Below, piece by piece: positions 16,514 to 25,662 of a DNA stretch of 57,253 bases (its first letter is position 1; every line of letters starts with the position of its first letter). The notes beneath the pieces were generated by a model that was not told where the DNA came from, searched no databases, and worked only from the letters and a program-made list of their open reading frames with translations. Made by a program: the position numbers and the translations under genes. This DNA comes from a virus (lineage: Duplodnaviria > Caudoviricetes): IMG/VR virus record IMGVR_UViG_3300021223_000017, positions 1 to 57,253 of that record; one strand, given 5' to 3'.

Positions 16514-19500
16514 CAGCGCCCCTTGATTGCGTTGTTGAGCTTGCCGCCCTGGCGAAGGTCTGCGTTGCGCAGTTGCTGGTATTTCTGTTCAACGAAGGTC
16601 GCCAGTTCCTTGCCGAACAAGTCATAGCCAGGGGCATCAGCCGAGGACGACGCGTTGCCGTCCCCATCGATATGCACCTCGACATTAATCTGCGTTCCGC
16701 CAACCCCGCCGCCCATGGACATAACGCCCAGCTTTCCGCTGGCAGTTCGGGTCAGCGGCATGATCGCCTCATCCCCTGCCTCGCCCATAACACCGGTCTT
16801 GCCGTTAGCCATGCCGAACGCCGTGGGCTTGCTGACGATGGAGTTGGTGAAGGCACCACCGTCGGCGAACATCTGCACGCCGCTCGACCAGGCGCCGCCC
16901 AAGGCTTGCGGAAAGTACGAGCCCGAGTAGCCACCCGCTGATGCGCCAAGATTTGACGAAGCGGCACCGGCAGATCCGGCCGCCAATCCGTTCCCACCAG
17001 CAGCGCTGCCACCGAAGTAGCTGACCGTTGCGCCCACCAGACTGCTCAGCAATGCCGAACTTGCCTGGCGCGTTGCAATGCGCGCCATGTCAGCCAGGAT
17101 CGACTTGGTGAAATCGGCAAACGAGAACTTGCCGCTGATGGCAAAGTTCGCAACAGCATCCTCCATGGAGCTGAAGGCATTACCGAACAGGGCTTTGGTC
17201 TGACCGGCGACGTTACGCGCCGAATCCAGATAGTTGGCCCAGGCCGATGTCGCGCCCTTCGTCCAATCGCCTTGGGCGTTTTCCACGTCGGCATAGTTCT
17301 GCCGGATCTGGTCAGTGGCAGCCTTGTTCGCGTCCGCGAGCGCCTGCGCTTTGCGCTTGAACTCTTCATCCGACATGTTCCGCGATGGGTCGGAGCGCTG
17401 GTTTTCCAGGTCCAGCGACTGCTGAGCGAACCGGTCTTGCTGGCTGTTCAGTTCACCGTTGAGTGCGTTCTGCCGATCGCCTTGGCCCACGCCGATAACT
17501 GCGCGCTGGCCGGCAAGCTCCAGGGCACGCTGTTGCTGCCCAAGTGCCTGGACGTACGACGTGATCGCCCTCTCCTGCTTCGCCAGCCGACCGGTCTCGC
17601 TGGTCGCCAACACTTCAAGCTGGCTATCTGCATCCTTCTGCGCCTTGACCATCCCTGCGCGAGCGTCAGCGATCTTCTGGTCAAGCTGGATGCTCTGGGC
17701 GGCAGTCGTGGACTTTTTGCCCTTGGTGGCCTCCAGCGCGGCGATCTCGGCCTCGTAGGCCGCGGTCACCTCGTCGCGTTCGTTACCGATCAGCGCTTCG
17801 CGCTTCAGGGCGTAATCCGATTGCGAGACCAGTCCTGCTTTCTGCGCCGCGTCCAGTTCCTTCTGGGTGTTTTTGTACTCGTTGACGATCCGGGCCAGGT
17901 TGTTCTTGGCGTCGTTGAAGCCCGTCAGGTCGACCTGGCCTGTAGCGGCTTTCGGGTCTTTGAACTTGGCGTTGATGTTTGAAATGTTTTTGTCGATTGC
18001 CGACTGGTCCAGCCGCGAATCCTTCGGGTCAACCTTGCGGATATCGTCGAGTTGCTTCTTGTAGTCCTTGAGAGCTTCGGTACGCTTCTGCTCGTTTGTC
18101 AATGCGGACTTGGTCAGCGCGTCTACTTTTTCCATCGAGGTGACGGCGGCGCGCTCTGCCTTGCCCTGATCGTCAAAATACTTTGTTCGCGCCTGGTCGG
18201 CGTCCCGTTGTAACTCCAGAAAACGAATCTGCCCCTCTATCTGTGTACGAACTTTGGGACTGACTTCCTGCGCGTTGAAACGCGTCCCACCCACATCGAA
18301 TGCATCGGAGCCGGTGAGCTTGGAACGCAAATCTTTGATCTGGTCATCGAAATTCTTTTGCCGACCAATATCACTGATCCCATCTAGAGCACCGCTTGCC
18401 GCGCTCTTGATGCCAAGCCAGGCTCGCTCCCACAGGTTCAAGTTGTCGAGCACCTGCCGGGATCGGGTTTGTACGGTGTCGGCGTAGGTGTCAGTCAGCA
18501 GCTTCGTAGCACCGATCTCGTCGCCCTGATCCTTGAGAGCAACGATTTGCGAATAAACCGAAGCGGTAAGAAAGTTGTACTGCTCGTTCAAAGATTTCGC
18601 CGCCGCTACAGGGTCTTCAGCGATCTTCACGAACTCGGCAATTGTCGACTCGATAGATTTGCCCGTGGCCTTTTCCATGGACAACGCCGCCTCGGCGATT
18701 TCCACGAAACTGCCACTCGCGAGCTTCCCGCTACCGGCCAACGTAGCCAGTACATCTGCAGCCGCCCCCGTAGTACCAACGACTGCGGAAACCTGACGCG
18801 CCATGTCGCTCAACTGGCCCGAAGTCGTTCCTGCAAAGTTGCCAGTAAGGATGAGAGCTTTGTTGAAGGCATCCGTTTCTTTGTTGCCGCTGTAGTACGC
18901 ATAAGCAAGACCGCCGATAGCGGCGGCGACCAAGCCAATCGGCGCCACCAAAGCCAGCAGGCTAGCCCCGGACGCGCCCGCTCCTACACCGATCTGGGTA
19001 ATCGCTCTTGCACCGCTCGCCCAGTCGCCCGAAGAAAGCGCATTCCCAAGTTGCATTACGTTTTGCTGGGCCGCGCGAGTACCGAGGCGCAGCTTGTCGA
19101 AACCGGAGCTGGTCTTTTCGAGCTTCGCGTAATCCTTGTCGATATTGCCCAGGGCTTTGTTGTAGTCCTCTTGGCTGATACGCCCAGCGTCCAGATGCTT
19201 GCCCAGTTGCTCGACCTGGGTGTCCAGCTTGGCGAGCGCGGCGCGTGCCGGGTCAATCGCCCCCAGCAGGCTGTTGAGGGCCTTCTGCTCATCCATCGCG
19301 GACTTGGCCAGAGCGATCTGCTGCTTATCGAGCTGAGCCGAGATCTTCGCGGCCTCGGCCTCGCCGTAGGCGCCAGTCTTCGTCAGCTTGGCGAGCGCGT
19401 CCCGCTGCTTTGCCAGGTCCTGCGTGGTCTTGGCGTTGGTGGAAAGCGATTTCTCCAGCGCCTGCATTTCGTTCATCAGGCTGACGGCGGATTGCTCGGC

Positions 19501-19593
19501 CCGGCCGCCGGCCTTCGCCATCTCATCCAGGCTCGTTTTGGCCTGGATTGCATCGGCCGAGTCGATCTTGACGCCGAGTTCTGCAATGTTCAT
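16513..19593 (-). CDS. Tail tape measure protein (H-like)
   Basis: 1026-aa Ala-rich helical protein; FNKALILTGN, GEAGDEAIMPL. Confidence 0.95.
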   Translation of the reverse strand: MNIAELGVKIDSADAIQAKTSLDEMAKAGGRAEQSAVSLMNEMQALEKSLSTNAKTTQDLAKQRDALAKLTKTGAYGEAEAAKISAQLDKQQIALAKSAMDEQKALNSLLGAIDPARAALAKLDTQVEQLGKHLDAGRISQEDYNKALGNIDKDYAKLEKTSSGFDKLRLGTRAAQQNVMQLGNALSSGDWASGARAITQIGVGAGASGASLLALVAPIGLVAAAIGGLAYAYYSGNKETDAFNKALILTGNFAGTTSGQLSDMARQVSAVVGTTGAAADVLATLAGSGKLASGSFVEIAEAALSMEKATGKSIESTIAEFVKIAEDPVAAAKSLNEQYNFLTASVYSQIVALKDQGDEIGATKLLTDTYADTVQTRSRQVLDNLNLWERAWLGIKSAASGALDGISDIGRQKNFDDQIKDLRSKLTGSDAFDVGGTRFNAQEVSPKVRTQIEGQIRFLELQRDADQARTKYFDDQGKAERAAVTSMEKVDALTKSALTNEQKRTEALKDYKKQLDDIRKVDPKDSRLDQSAIDKNISNINAKFKDPKAATGQVDLTGFNDAKNNLARIVNEYKNTQKELDAAQKAGLVSQSDYALKREALIGNERDEVTAAYEAEIAALEATKGKKSTTAAQSIQLDQKIADARAGMVKAQKDADSQLEVLATSETGRLAKQERAITSYVQALGQQQRALELAGQRAVIGVGQGDRQNALNGELNSQQDRFAQQSLDLENQRSDPSRNMSDEEFKRKAQALADANKAATDQIRQNYADVENAQGDWTKGATSAWANYLDSARNVAGQTKALFGNAFSSMEDAVANFAISGKFSFADFTKSILADMARIATRQASSALLSSLVGATVSYFGGSAAGGNGLAAGSAGAASSNLGASAGGYSGSYFPQALGGAWSSGVQMFADGGAFTNSIVSKPTAFGMANGKTGVMGEAGDEAIMPLTRTASGKLGVMSMGGGVGGTQINVEVHIDGDGNASSSADAPGYDLFGKELATFVEQKYQQLRNADLRQGGKLNNAIKGR

Positions 19594-19620
19594 CGACTCA
19601 CCTTGAATAAGTGCCCGTTG

Positions 19621-19950
19621 TTACGGGCTGTTTTCCCTTTCCTCCGCCATGACGCGCAGGGCTTCGCCTTCCAGCACCTGAAGGTCAGGGAAGATTTCAG
19701 CGAGTTTCTTTTTCTTGATGCCGAGGAACCCGGCCACGTCGCGGAGACAGGTGTAGTCGAGACCGATAGCGCCGCCAGCGCCCGCCCGCCACTGAGTCGA
19801 CATCCTGTTGAACAGGTAAAACGCCGGCCAGTTGCAGGGCCAGACTTCGAATGTTTCGTCGAGGTCCGAGAGTTCCAGGCCGTATGCCGCAAGCTTTTCA
19901 GCATCTGGCGCAGACTCGTAAAGAGCGCGTGCGACGCGTATCAGTTTCCC
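19621..19950 (-). CDS. Tail assembly chaperone GT C-terminal part, reached by -1 frameshift
   Basis: -1 frame open from the slippery site through VWPCNW and STQWR...GLDY to stop 19621. Confidence 0.85.
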   Translation of the reverse strand, partial: GKLIRVARALYESAPDAEKLAAYGLELSDLDETFEVWPCNWPAFYLFNRMSTQWRAGAGGAIGLDYTCLRDVAGFLGIKKKKLAEIFPDLQVLEGEALRVMAEERENSP

Positions 19951-20321
19951 GATCGGGCTTTGGCGTACGCATCCTCGTAGGCCGCGACAACAGCCTCGGT
20001 GGTGCCTTGGCAGGATTTCACCAGCGCCTTGATGCTTTCCTCGTCGAACTTGTCGTCGAACTCCCAGCCGACAACCAGATCCTTGATCTGCTGTGCCTGT
20101 TGCTCGGTATCGACAGTCACCACATCCGACAGAGAGGGGTTGTCGCCAAGGCGCTCAAAACCCTCTTTGCGGCGCTGGTTCCACTCGTCAAAAAGGGTGG
20201 CAAGATCAACACGATCGCGGTACTTGAAGGTGAATTCAACCTTCACAGGCGACTGGCCAACGATGGGGATCTTTACCGGCCCCTTGAATGTTGGGGCCTG
20301 GGCAATTTTGAACTTTGCCAT
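19941..20321 (-). CDS. Tail assembly chaperone G
   Basis: Between tail tube and tape measure; ends at slippery GGGAAAC. Confidence 0.88.
   Translation of the reverse strand: MAKFKIAQAPTFKGPVKIPIVGQSPVKVEFTFKYRDRVDLATLFDEWNQRRKEGFERLGDNPSLSDVVTVDTEQQAQQIKDLVVGWEFDDKFDEESIKALVKSCQGTTEAVVAAYEDAYAKARSGN
19944..19950 (-). other. Programmed -1 ribosomal frameshift site G GGA AAC
   Basis: X XXY YYZ heptamer immediately before the G stop codon. Confidence 0.88.
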
Positions 20322-20323
20322 GA

Positions 20324-20995
20324 TCAGTTCCCGCCGGCGGCCGCAACAGGGGCGCGATACGCTGTGATTTCAGCGTTGATGGTGAAGCCGAAAGCAACGG
20401 CGGCACCTTCGTTGCGCACCAGGGTCGGGCTCTTGTTGAAGGACGGATAGCCGGCGTAGTAGATCGTTTTTCCGTTCGGCAGCGACATCCGCAGGATCCG
20501 CACTTCCTTCTCGCGGTCGGCCTTGTCGAGTTCGTCGTACCAGGCCAGGCTGTCGTCGTCTGCGAGCTGGAACGAGAAAGCCTGGGCGTTCTTGGTAGTT
20601 GGGATCTGCTTGTCTCGGCGCGCCTCGAGCGGTGCGTAGGTCCAGTACTGCTGCTCACCGCCGGACATCGAGTTGCCGATCACCTGGTTCACAGCAACCC
20701 AGCCGGTGACCTTTTTGGCAGTGCCGGCGCTGATGCCATCCGGAAAGAACGAAGTGTTCGAGGTGTCGATACCTTCCAGAGTGAAGGCACCCGCAGCGGC
20801 GGCAGAGACACGCACAGCCCGCTCGTTGATGTCTTCCCAGCCGGAAGCGACCAACAGGATGTCGCCATTAGCAAAACCGTTGGCAAGGGATGTGGCGACG
20901 CCCGGATTGGCGTTAGTAATGCTCGCGATCACCTTCGCAGCGGCGAAGCCAGTCGAGATCGCCAGTGTTGCCCCGTTGGGGAAGTAAACAGACAT
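20324..20995 (-). CDS. Major tail tube protein
   Basis: FPNGAT start, SGGEQQY; upstream of the chaperones. Confidence 0.85.
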   Translation of the reverse strand: MSVYFPNGATLAISTGFAAAKVIASITNANPGVATSLANGFANGDILLVASGWEDINERAVRVSAAAAGAFTLEGIDTSNTSFFPDGISAGTAKKVTGWVAVNQVIGNSMSGGEQQYWTYAPLEARRDKQIPTTKNAQAFSFQLADDDSLAWYDELDKADREKEVRILRMSLPNGKTIYYAGYPSFNKSPTLVRNEGAAVAFGFTINAEITAYRAPVAAAGGN

Positions 20996-21020
20996 GGGTT
21001 TTCCTCTTTGCAGAAATGAC

Positions 21021-21042
21021 AAAACCCGCACATGGCGGGTTT
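21021..21042 (-). terminator. Intrinsic terminator before the tail tube gene
   Basis: AAACCCGCCATGTGCGGGTTTT. Confidence 0.65.
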
Positions 21043-21068
21043 AGGATTTGCCCAACGGGCGGGTTTCG

Positions 21069-21272
21069 CTATAGGTCGAGGTGCAACGAGACAGTACCAA
21101 TGACAGGATCCGGTACTGGCTCGCTTAAGGCATGGCAGCGGTAAACATTTACGTCGATCGCGAGAATGCCCACTCCTGTTGCAGTCTTAAATTTAGAAAA
21201 AGCCTCTTGGATTTTTACGGAAAGCTCGTTTTCGAGCGCCTTCTTTTGAAGTTCGATCTCGTGCAGTTCCAT
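21069..21272 (-). CDS. Small hypothetical moron protein
   Basis: 67 aa, AGGA RBS, lower GC. Confidence 0.6.
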   Translation of the reverse strand: MELHEIELQKKALENELSVKIQEAFSKFKTATGVGILAIDVNVYRCHALSEPVPDPVIGTVSLHLDL

Positions 21273-21284
21273 GTGGCTTCCTAA

Positions 21285-21701
21285 TCAGGTGGTGTCGGAC
21301 CGATACGAGAACGACAGCGGCACGGTGTAGGCTGAATCCCCCGTGATGCCGGGTCCCTGGTCAACAGGTGTCATCGGCGTTACGACGAACCCGTTTTTGG
21401 TATCCCGCACGTAAAGCGGGAACAGGGAAGTCAGCTCATCCGCAATCGGATTGGTCTTGGTCTTGCCGGTGCCCGCCGGCGCGATGATGCTGACCTGAAA
21501 CACGCCGGTGTACAGCCGGTGATCTCCGCCGAGCGTGTTGCTCGCGGTGTCGCCCGGGATAGTGAAGGCTCGCAGGTAGGTCTCGCCCGCCGCCGGCGTG
21601 TAGGCCGTGTTCTCGAAGACGATCTTCAGCTTCTCCGACCTGGCAACGTTCCAGGCGATGAGCTTGGCCTCGTAGATTGAGGCGATGATTGCGTGACTCA
21701 T
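21285..21701 (-). CDS. Tail terminator-like protein
   Basis: GVFQVSIIAPAGTG; synteny. Confidence 0.75.
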   Translation of the reverse strand: MSHAIIASIYEAKLIAWNVARSEKLKIVFENTAYTPAAGETYLRAFTIPGDTASNTLGGDHRLYTGVFQVSIIAPAGTGKTKTNPIADELTSLFPLYVRDTKNGFVVTPMTPVDQGPGITGDSAYTVPLSFSYRSDTT

Positions 21702-22294
21702 ACCTGGTTGTTCCTGATGGCCTCCAGCACGATCTGCTGAAAGCGAGCCACGGTTACCCGGACCATACCGCCGGGGGCCTGGGTCGAATGGCCAAACTCC
21801 AGCGGAATCGCGTAGGGCAAATTGTTGATGATGTAGGCCATCTGGCCGGCCGTGAAGTCGCTCATCGCGGCGACCAGCGCCGCAGTGGTTTCGGCGCCGC
21901 TCGGGTCCACTTCGTCGAAAGTGACGTTCTCGACCACGCCGAGCGATATGTGCCAGTTCGCCCGGAACCGGCCACCGACGTAGCCTTCTGGTGCCTTGAT
22001 GTCCATGCCGTCGTTGAGCTTGCGGCCTTTCTTCAGCCTACCGCCCTTCGTGAGGTTGGCCGGATCACTGCGCAGCGCGCTGTTGTGATTGTCGACGGCC
22101 TTGTTGTACTGGGTGGCCACTGCGTTCTGCGCCCAGATCTCCGGGTTACCCACGGGAGACATCCGAATCAGATTACTGCCGACCTCGATGATGATCTCGC
22201 GCACACTGGCGTCGATGGCTTCGCTGGTCTGGGCGGCGAACTCAGCCAGGCTCAGGGCAAAGCTGCCGGACTGCCCGGCGCCCGCCCGACTCAC
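21698..22294 (-). CDS. HK97 gp10-like tail completion protein
   Basis: GRFRANW, NNLPYAIPLEFGHSTQAPGGMV. Confidence 0.8.
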   Translation of the reverse strand: MSRAGAGQSGSFALSLAEFAAQTSEAIDASVREIIIEVGSNLIRMSPVGNPEIWAQNAVATQYNKAVDNHNSALRSDPANLTKGGRLKKGRKLNDGMDIKAPEGYVGGRFRANWHISLGVVENVTFDEVDPSGAETTAALVAAMSDFTAGQMAYIINNLPYAIPLEFGHSTQAPGGMVRVTVARFQQIVLEAIRNNQV

Positions 22295-22662
22295 GACCGC
22301 ACCTGCAGCTCATACAGGATCGGTGTGCCGGCAGGGTTGACCTCTTTCAGCTGCGGAACGATTGACCAGGTTCGGCCCTGTGCGACCACCTTGTCCAGCA
22401 GGCCCGGCACCCAAGCCAGTCCCTGCGCGGCGATCTTGAGTTTCTTGTCACCCTGCTTGATGAGGCTGTTGTTTTGGAATTCTTGGCCGGTGAAGTCGAG
22501 CAGGATGCCTTGGGCGATTTGCTCGACGGTTGCGCCTGGCATCTCGCCGCCCAACTCAGGGTCATACTCGCCCGGCTCCGTCTTGCTGATGGTCACAGGC
22601 TGGCCGAACTCTGTGATCATCTCCAGAGCCATCACGGCCATTTCATCGTAGAAGGTGGCCAT
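22291..22662 (-). CDS. Head-tail joining (closure) protein
   Basis: Synteny; EFGQPVT, YELQVR. Confidence 0.7.
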   Translation of the reverse strand: MATFYDEMAVMALEMITEFGQPVTISKTEPGEYDPELGGEMPGATVEQIAQGILLDFTGQEFQNNSLIKQGDKKLKIAAQGLAWVPGLLDKVVAQGRTWSIVPQLKEVNPAGTPILYELQVRS

Positions 22663-22679
22663 GGTGGTCTCCGTTGTGG

Positions 22680-23183
22680 CTATGCGCGTACTGAGAACAG
22701 ACCGCGCTTTTGTAGATAGTCGGCGAACTGTGTGGCGCTCGGCCGGTCAGGCGCCGCCGGCAGTAACCGGTTGCTGGTAGAGGGGATCGCCGCATACTGC
22801 CGCGTCACCGCCCCCTCAACACGATCCAGCAAGACGGCGCCTTTGCGCTTTTCCACCGGGTCGATATCGTCCTGATGGATCTCAGCAGCCAGGGCCATCT
22901 GCCCGTACTGGATCCGCGCCGGCAGATAGTTGTTCGGCTTGTTCTCGCGATCCAGCAGCACTTCCCGGCGCGGCCAGGACAGGCCCTGTTCGCTGTTGGT
23001 CTTGCGCCCTTTCCAGGTCATTCCATCCATCGCCAAGGCAGCCCGACGCAACAACGCTTCCTGTGCTGGAACGCCTTCGGGGATGACCACGCCGAACTTC
23101 ACGGCATACATGGCCAAGTCCTCGGCGCTCGCGTAGCTTTCGGCGTCAGGCTTGCCGGTGCCGTCCTCGATGATGAGTGTCAT
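22680..23183 (-). CDS. Head-tail adaptor (DnaT-like annotated family)
   Basis: IIEDGTGKPDAESY, WKG, QGLSWPR. Confidence 0.75.
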   Translation of the reverse strand: MTLIIEDGTGKPDAESYASAEDLAMYAVKFGVVIPEGVPAQEALLRRAALAMDGMTWKGRKTNSEQGLSWPRREVLLDRENKPNNYLPARIQYGQMALAAEIHQDDIDPVEKRKGAVLLDRVEGAVTRQYAAIPSTSNRLLPAAPDRPSATQFADYLQKRGLFSVRA

Positions 23184-23242
23184 GCGTCAACTCGCTGGAA
23201 TGGTTTGTAGATTGGCCGCCGGATCACCGACAGCCAGCAGTA

Positions 23243-23827
23243 TTACTCCTTGGGCAACTCAGCGACGAGTTTTTCCAAGGATTCTTTCGAGGCATTGGCC
23301 CGGTACTGGACTTTGGCCTCATCGAGCTTTGCCTTGAGCGCCACGATTTCACCCGCCTCATCAGCCGGCGGCGCGAGGGCGGCTTTCTTCAGCGCCTCGA
23401 TCTCGCTGCGCAGTGCATCCACGGTAGAAATCAGGCCGTCACGCTCTTTGACAAGCTCGCCGATGGATACCTGGATGGATTCAAGCGCACCAAACAGACG
23501 GATTGCCAATTCACCAGTTTCTGGACGATTGATCTCCCCGGCTTCCAGGCCATCAGCCAAGAAGACGATTGCGCCATGTTCAGCGCGTAGACCTGCGATG
23601 ATTTTTTCCAGTTCGGCTTGATTGGTAGCGCCAACAACCTGTACCCGCGCGCCCTCCTTCACCGAAACATCGATGCCCGCCGTTTCATAGGCATCGACCA
23701 CCCGCGGCCAATTGCCAATCACCAGCACGCTGGTCACGCCAGCTTCCGGCTTATCGAAGTGTTCCGGGTTGCGGTAACGCTTATCCGGGTCGAACCCTTG
23801 AAGCTGGTTGCTGTAAGTCAGTTCCAT
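23243..23827 (-). CDS. Capsid-adjacent protein with C-terminal HeH/LEM-like motif
   Basis: LKAKLDEAKVQYRANASKESL; directly after the capsid gene. Confidence 0.6.
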   Translation of the reverse strand: MELTYSNQLQGFDPDKRYRNPEHFDKPEAGVTSVLVIGNWPRVVDAYETAGIDVSVKEGARVQVVGATNQAELEKIIAGLRAEHGAIVFLADGLEAGEINRPETGELAIRLFGALESIQVSIGELVKERDGLISTVDALRSEIEALKKAALAPPADEAGEIVALKAKLDEAKVQYRANASKESLEKLVAELPKE

Positions 23828-23877
23828 GTTGCTCTCCAAGGCGGCCATTGCTGACCGCGCGGTGGACTGAAGGTTAA

Positions 23878-24840
23878 TTAGCCTTCGAGTGGAGGATTGG
23901 TCGTCAGCTTGATCATCACGCCGGCGGTGACTTTGTTGCTGCCCGCGTGCTTGACCCAGTTGGCAGCGGAGCCGACAGCGGCCAGGGTTGGGTTGGAGCC
24001 GCCGGTGGTGGCTTTCCAGCTGTAACCCAGCACGTCGATGTTCACAGTGCCTTCAGCGCGGTAACCGATGCTCAAGTTTTCCTCGTCGTTCACTTCGTAC
24101 GAGCGGAATCCTGGAGCCTGAGACTCGGTGATGGTCACAGCGTTTGGCAGCAGGCCGAAGATCACATCCATCGGCGCGGTGTCGGTCACCAGCACAGGCT
24201 TGCCGAGGGTGCCAGGCAGGCCACCGTAGATCACGACACCAGCTTCTTCGTAGATCTTGCTGGTGATAGCTTCGTCAACAATGTCGAAGTAGGCGCTGGA
24301 GTGCATGACCCACAGAGAGATACGGCCGAACTTGTCACCGAACTTGCGCATGCCGCGAGTCAGGGTCTTCTTGCCGTCGGTTTCGATGTTGGCCGAGACC
24401 ACCATTTCAGCGTTGGAGCCGATCGCGGCGCGCAGGCCGGCGGTGGCGTACTGGATGAAGCCTTCCAGGGTCGCGTCGGCAACGTCGGCGCCTACGATCT
24501 GGGAGAACTCCTCGACCGGACGACCGCGGCGCTTGAACGCCTCTTCGGTTGTTTGGTAAGGGCCGTACTTCCAAGGAGCCTTGACGCCGACAGCTTCGCC
24601 GGCGCTGATTTTCTTGGCAGTTACCTTGCCTTCGGAGTTGACGTCGCGGTGTTCCAGCGAGCCGTTCAGCTTGTAGAGGGCGCGCTTACGGAAGTCACCC
24701 TCGATCAGTTCGTTGTCCAGCACCATCGCGCCGTTGGACGATTCGTTAAACACGTCGAGGTTGTCCTGAACGCGCTCCAGGTATGCAGTTTGCGCCTCAT
24801 CGTTGTAGATGATCAGGTCGCTGTTAACGGTTGTAGCCAT
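23878..24840 (-). CDS. Major capsid protein
   Basis: 320 aa after the scaffold; WVMHS, LGKPVLVTD. Confidence 0.85.
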   Translation of the reverse strand: MATTVNSDLIIYNDEAQTAYLERVQDNLDVFNESSNGAMVLDNELIEGDFRKRALYKLNGSLEHRDVNSEGKVTAKKISAGEAVGVKAPWKYGPYQTTEEAFKRRGRPVEEFSQIVGADVADATLEGFIQYATAGLRAAIGSNAEMVVSANIETDGKKTLTRGMRKFGDKFGRISLWVMHSSAYFDIVDEAITSKIYEEAGVVIYGGLPGTLGKPVLVTDTAPMDVIFGLLPNAVTITESQAPGFRSYEVNDEENLSIGYRAEGTVNIDVLGYSWKATTGGSNPTLAAVGSAANWVKHAGSNKVTAGVMIKLTTNPPLEG

Positions 24841-24852
24841 GGGTGAATCCCC

Positions 24853-25581
24853 TTACTTGGGCAATGCGAGATATGCGGTTTGGCCGTGCTTGCGCTGGAA
24901 ATCGCGCTTCTGCTCGGAGGTCATTTCGGAGCGCTTGAATGCAGCCTTGCCGCCGCCCCCGCCCGGGGCAAATGTCCCTGAAGCCCTTGGCCACAGATGA
25001 GGTGCGCTTTCGCGCAGAGATTCCGCCCATTCGAGCGGGGTCAGAGGGGTTTTGCCGTCTTTACCGAGGATGGTCTGGCCAGACTCATCAACGGCGACTG
25101 CATCGCCATCTTCGTTCAGCGTGAACACGCCTTTGGCGCGCAGGATGATGTCGTCGGTTGCTTCCGGCAGTGCGCCGGCTTTCAGTGCTGCGCCACGTAC
25201 CGAGTCACCCAGGACTTTGCCCTGGAACTTGGCAGCGAAAGATTCGGCCTTCTCGGCGCGTTCGCTGATGGTCTTCAACTGCTTGTCGTAGTCACCACGC
25301 AGGCGCTCGGTGCGGCGGTTGAAGACTTCATCCACCTTGCCCTCGGTCAGCAGCTTGGTTTCTTCATCCTGTCCAGCACGAGTGAGCAAGCCTTTGACGG
25401 CGTCGATGTCGATGCCTTCAAACTGGGTTTCGAACTGGGTCAGCTTGCCGGTGGTGTCTTTGAGCTTGCCCAGCAACTCGGTATTCTTGGTTTTGAGGCC
25501 AGAAACGGATGCTTCAACGGCAGTCGCGATAGCGGCCTTGATTGCCGGGTTTTCCAGGTCGATTTCGTTTTCTTCTGCCAC
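24853..25581 (-). CDS. Capsid scaffolding protein
   Basis: Coiled coil with GLKTKNTELLG and Gly-rich C-terminus; GTG start. Confidence 0.75.
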   Translation of the reverse strand: MAEENEIDLENPAIKAAIATAVEASVSGLKTKNTELLGKLKDTTGKLTQFETQFEGIDIDAVKGLLTRAGQDEETKLLTEGKVDEVFNRRTERLRGDYDKQLKTISERAEKAESFAAKFQGKVLGDSVRGAALKAGALPEATDDIILRAKGVFTLNEDGDAVAVDESGQTILGKDGKTPLTPLEWAESLRESAPHLWPRASGTFAPGGGGGKAAFKRSEMTSEQKRDFQRKHGQTAYLALPK

Positions 25582-25616
25582 GTTGATGCACCCCTTGGGT
25601 TTGTTCGCCCGCTTTG

Positions 25617-25645
25617 CAGGCAATAAAAAACCGCCCGGAGGCGGC
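25617..25645 (-). terminator. Terminator linker before the scaffold gene
   Basis: GCCGCCTCCGGGCGGTTTTTTATTGCCTG. Confidence 0.7.
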
Positions 25646-25662
25646 TGATTGAATTTGTTCGG

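Noticed and set aside
18469-19980. 503-aa plus-strand ORF
   Set aside because: Antisense shadow of the tape measure and chaperone genes; no recognisable motif
21689-22651. 320-aa plus-strand ORF
   Set aside because: Antisense to well-supported head-tail genes
23947-24846. 299-aa plus-strand ORF
   Set aside because: Shadow of the major capsid gene caused by codon bias
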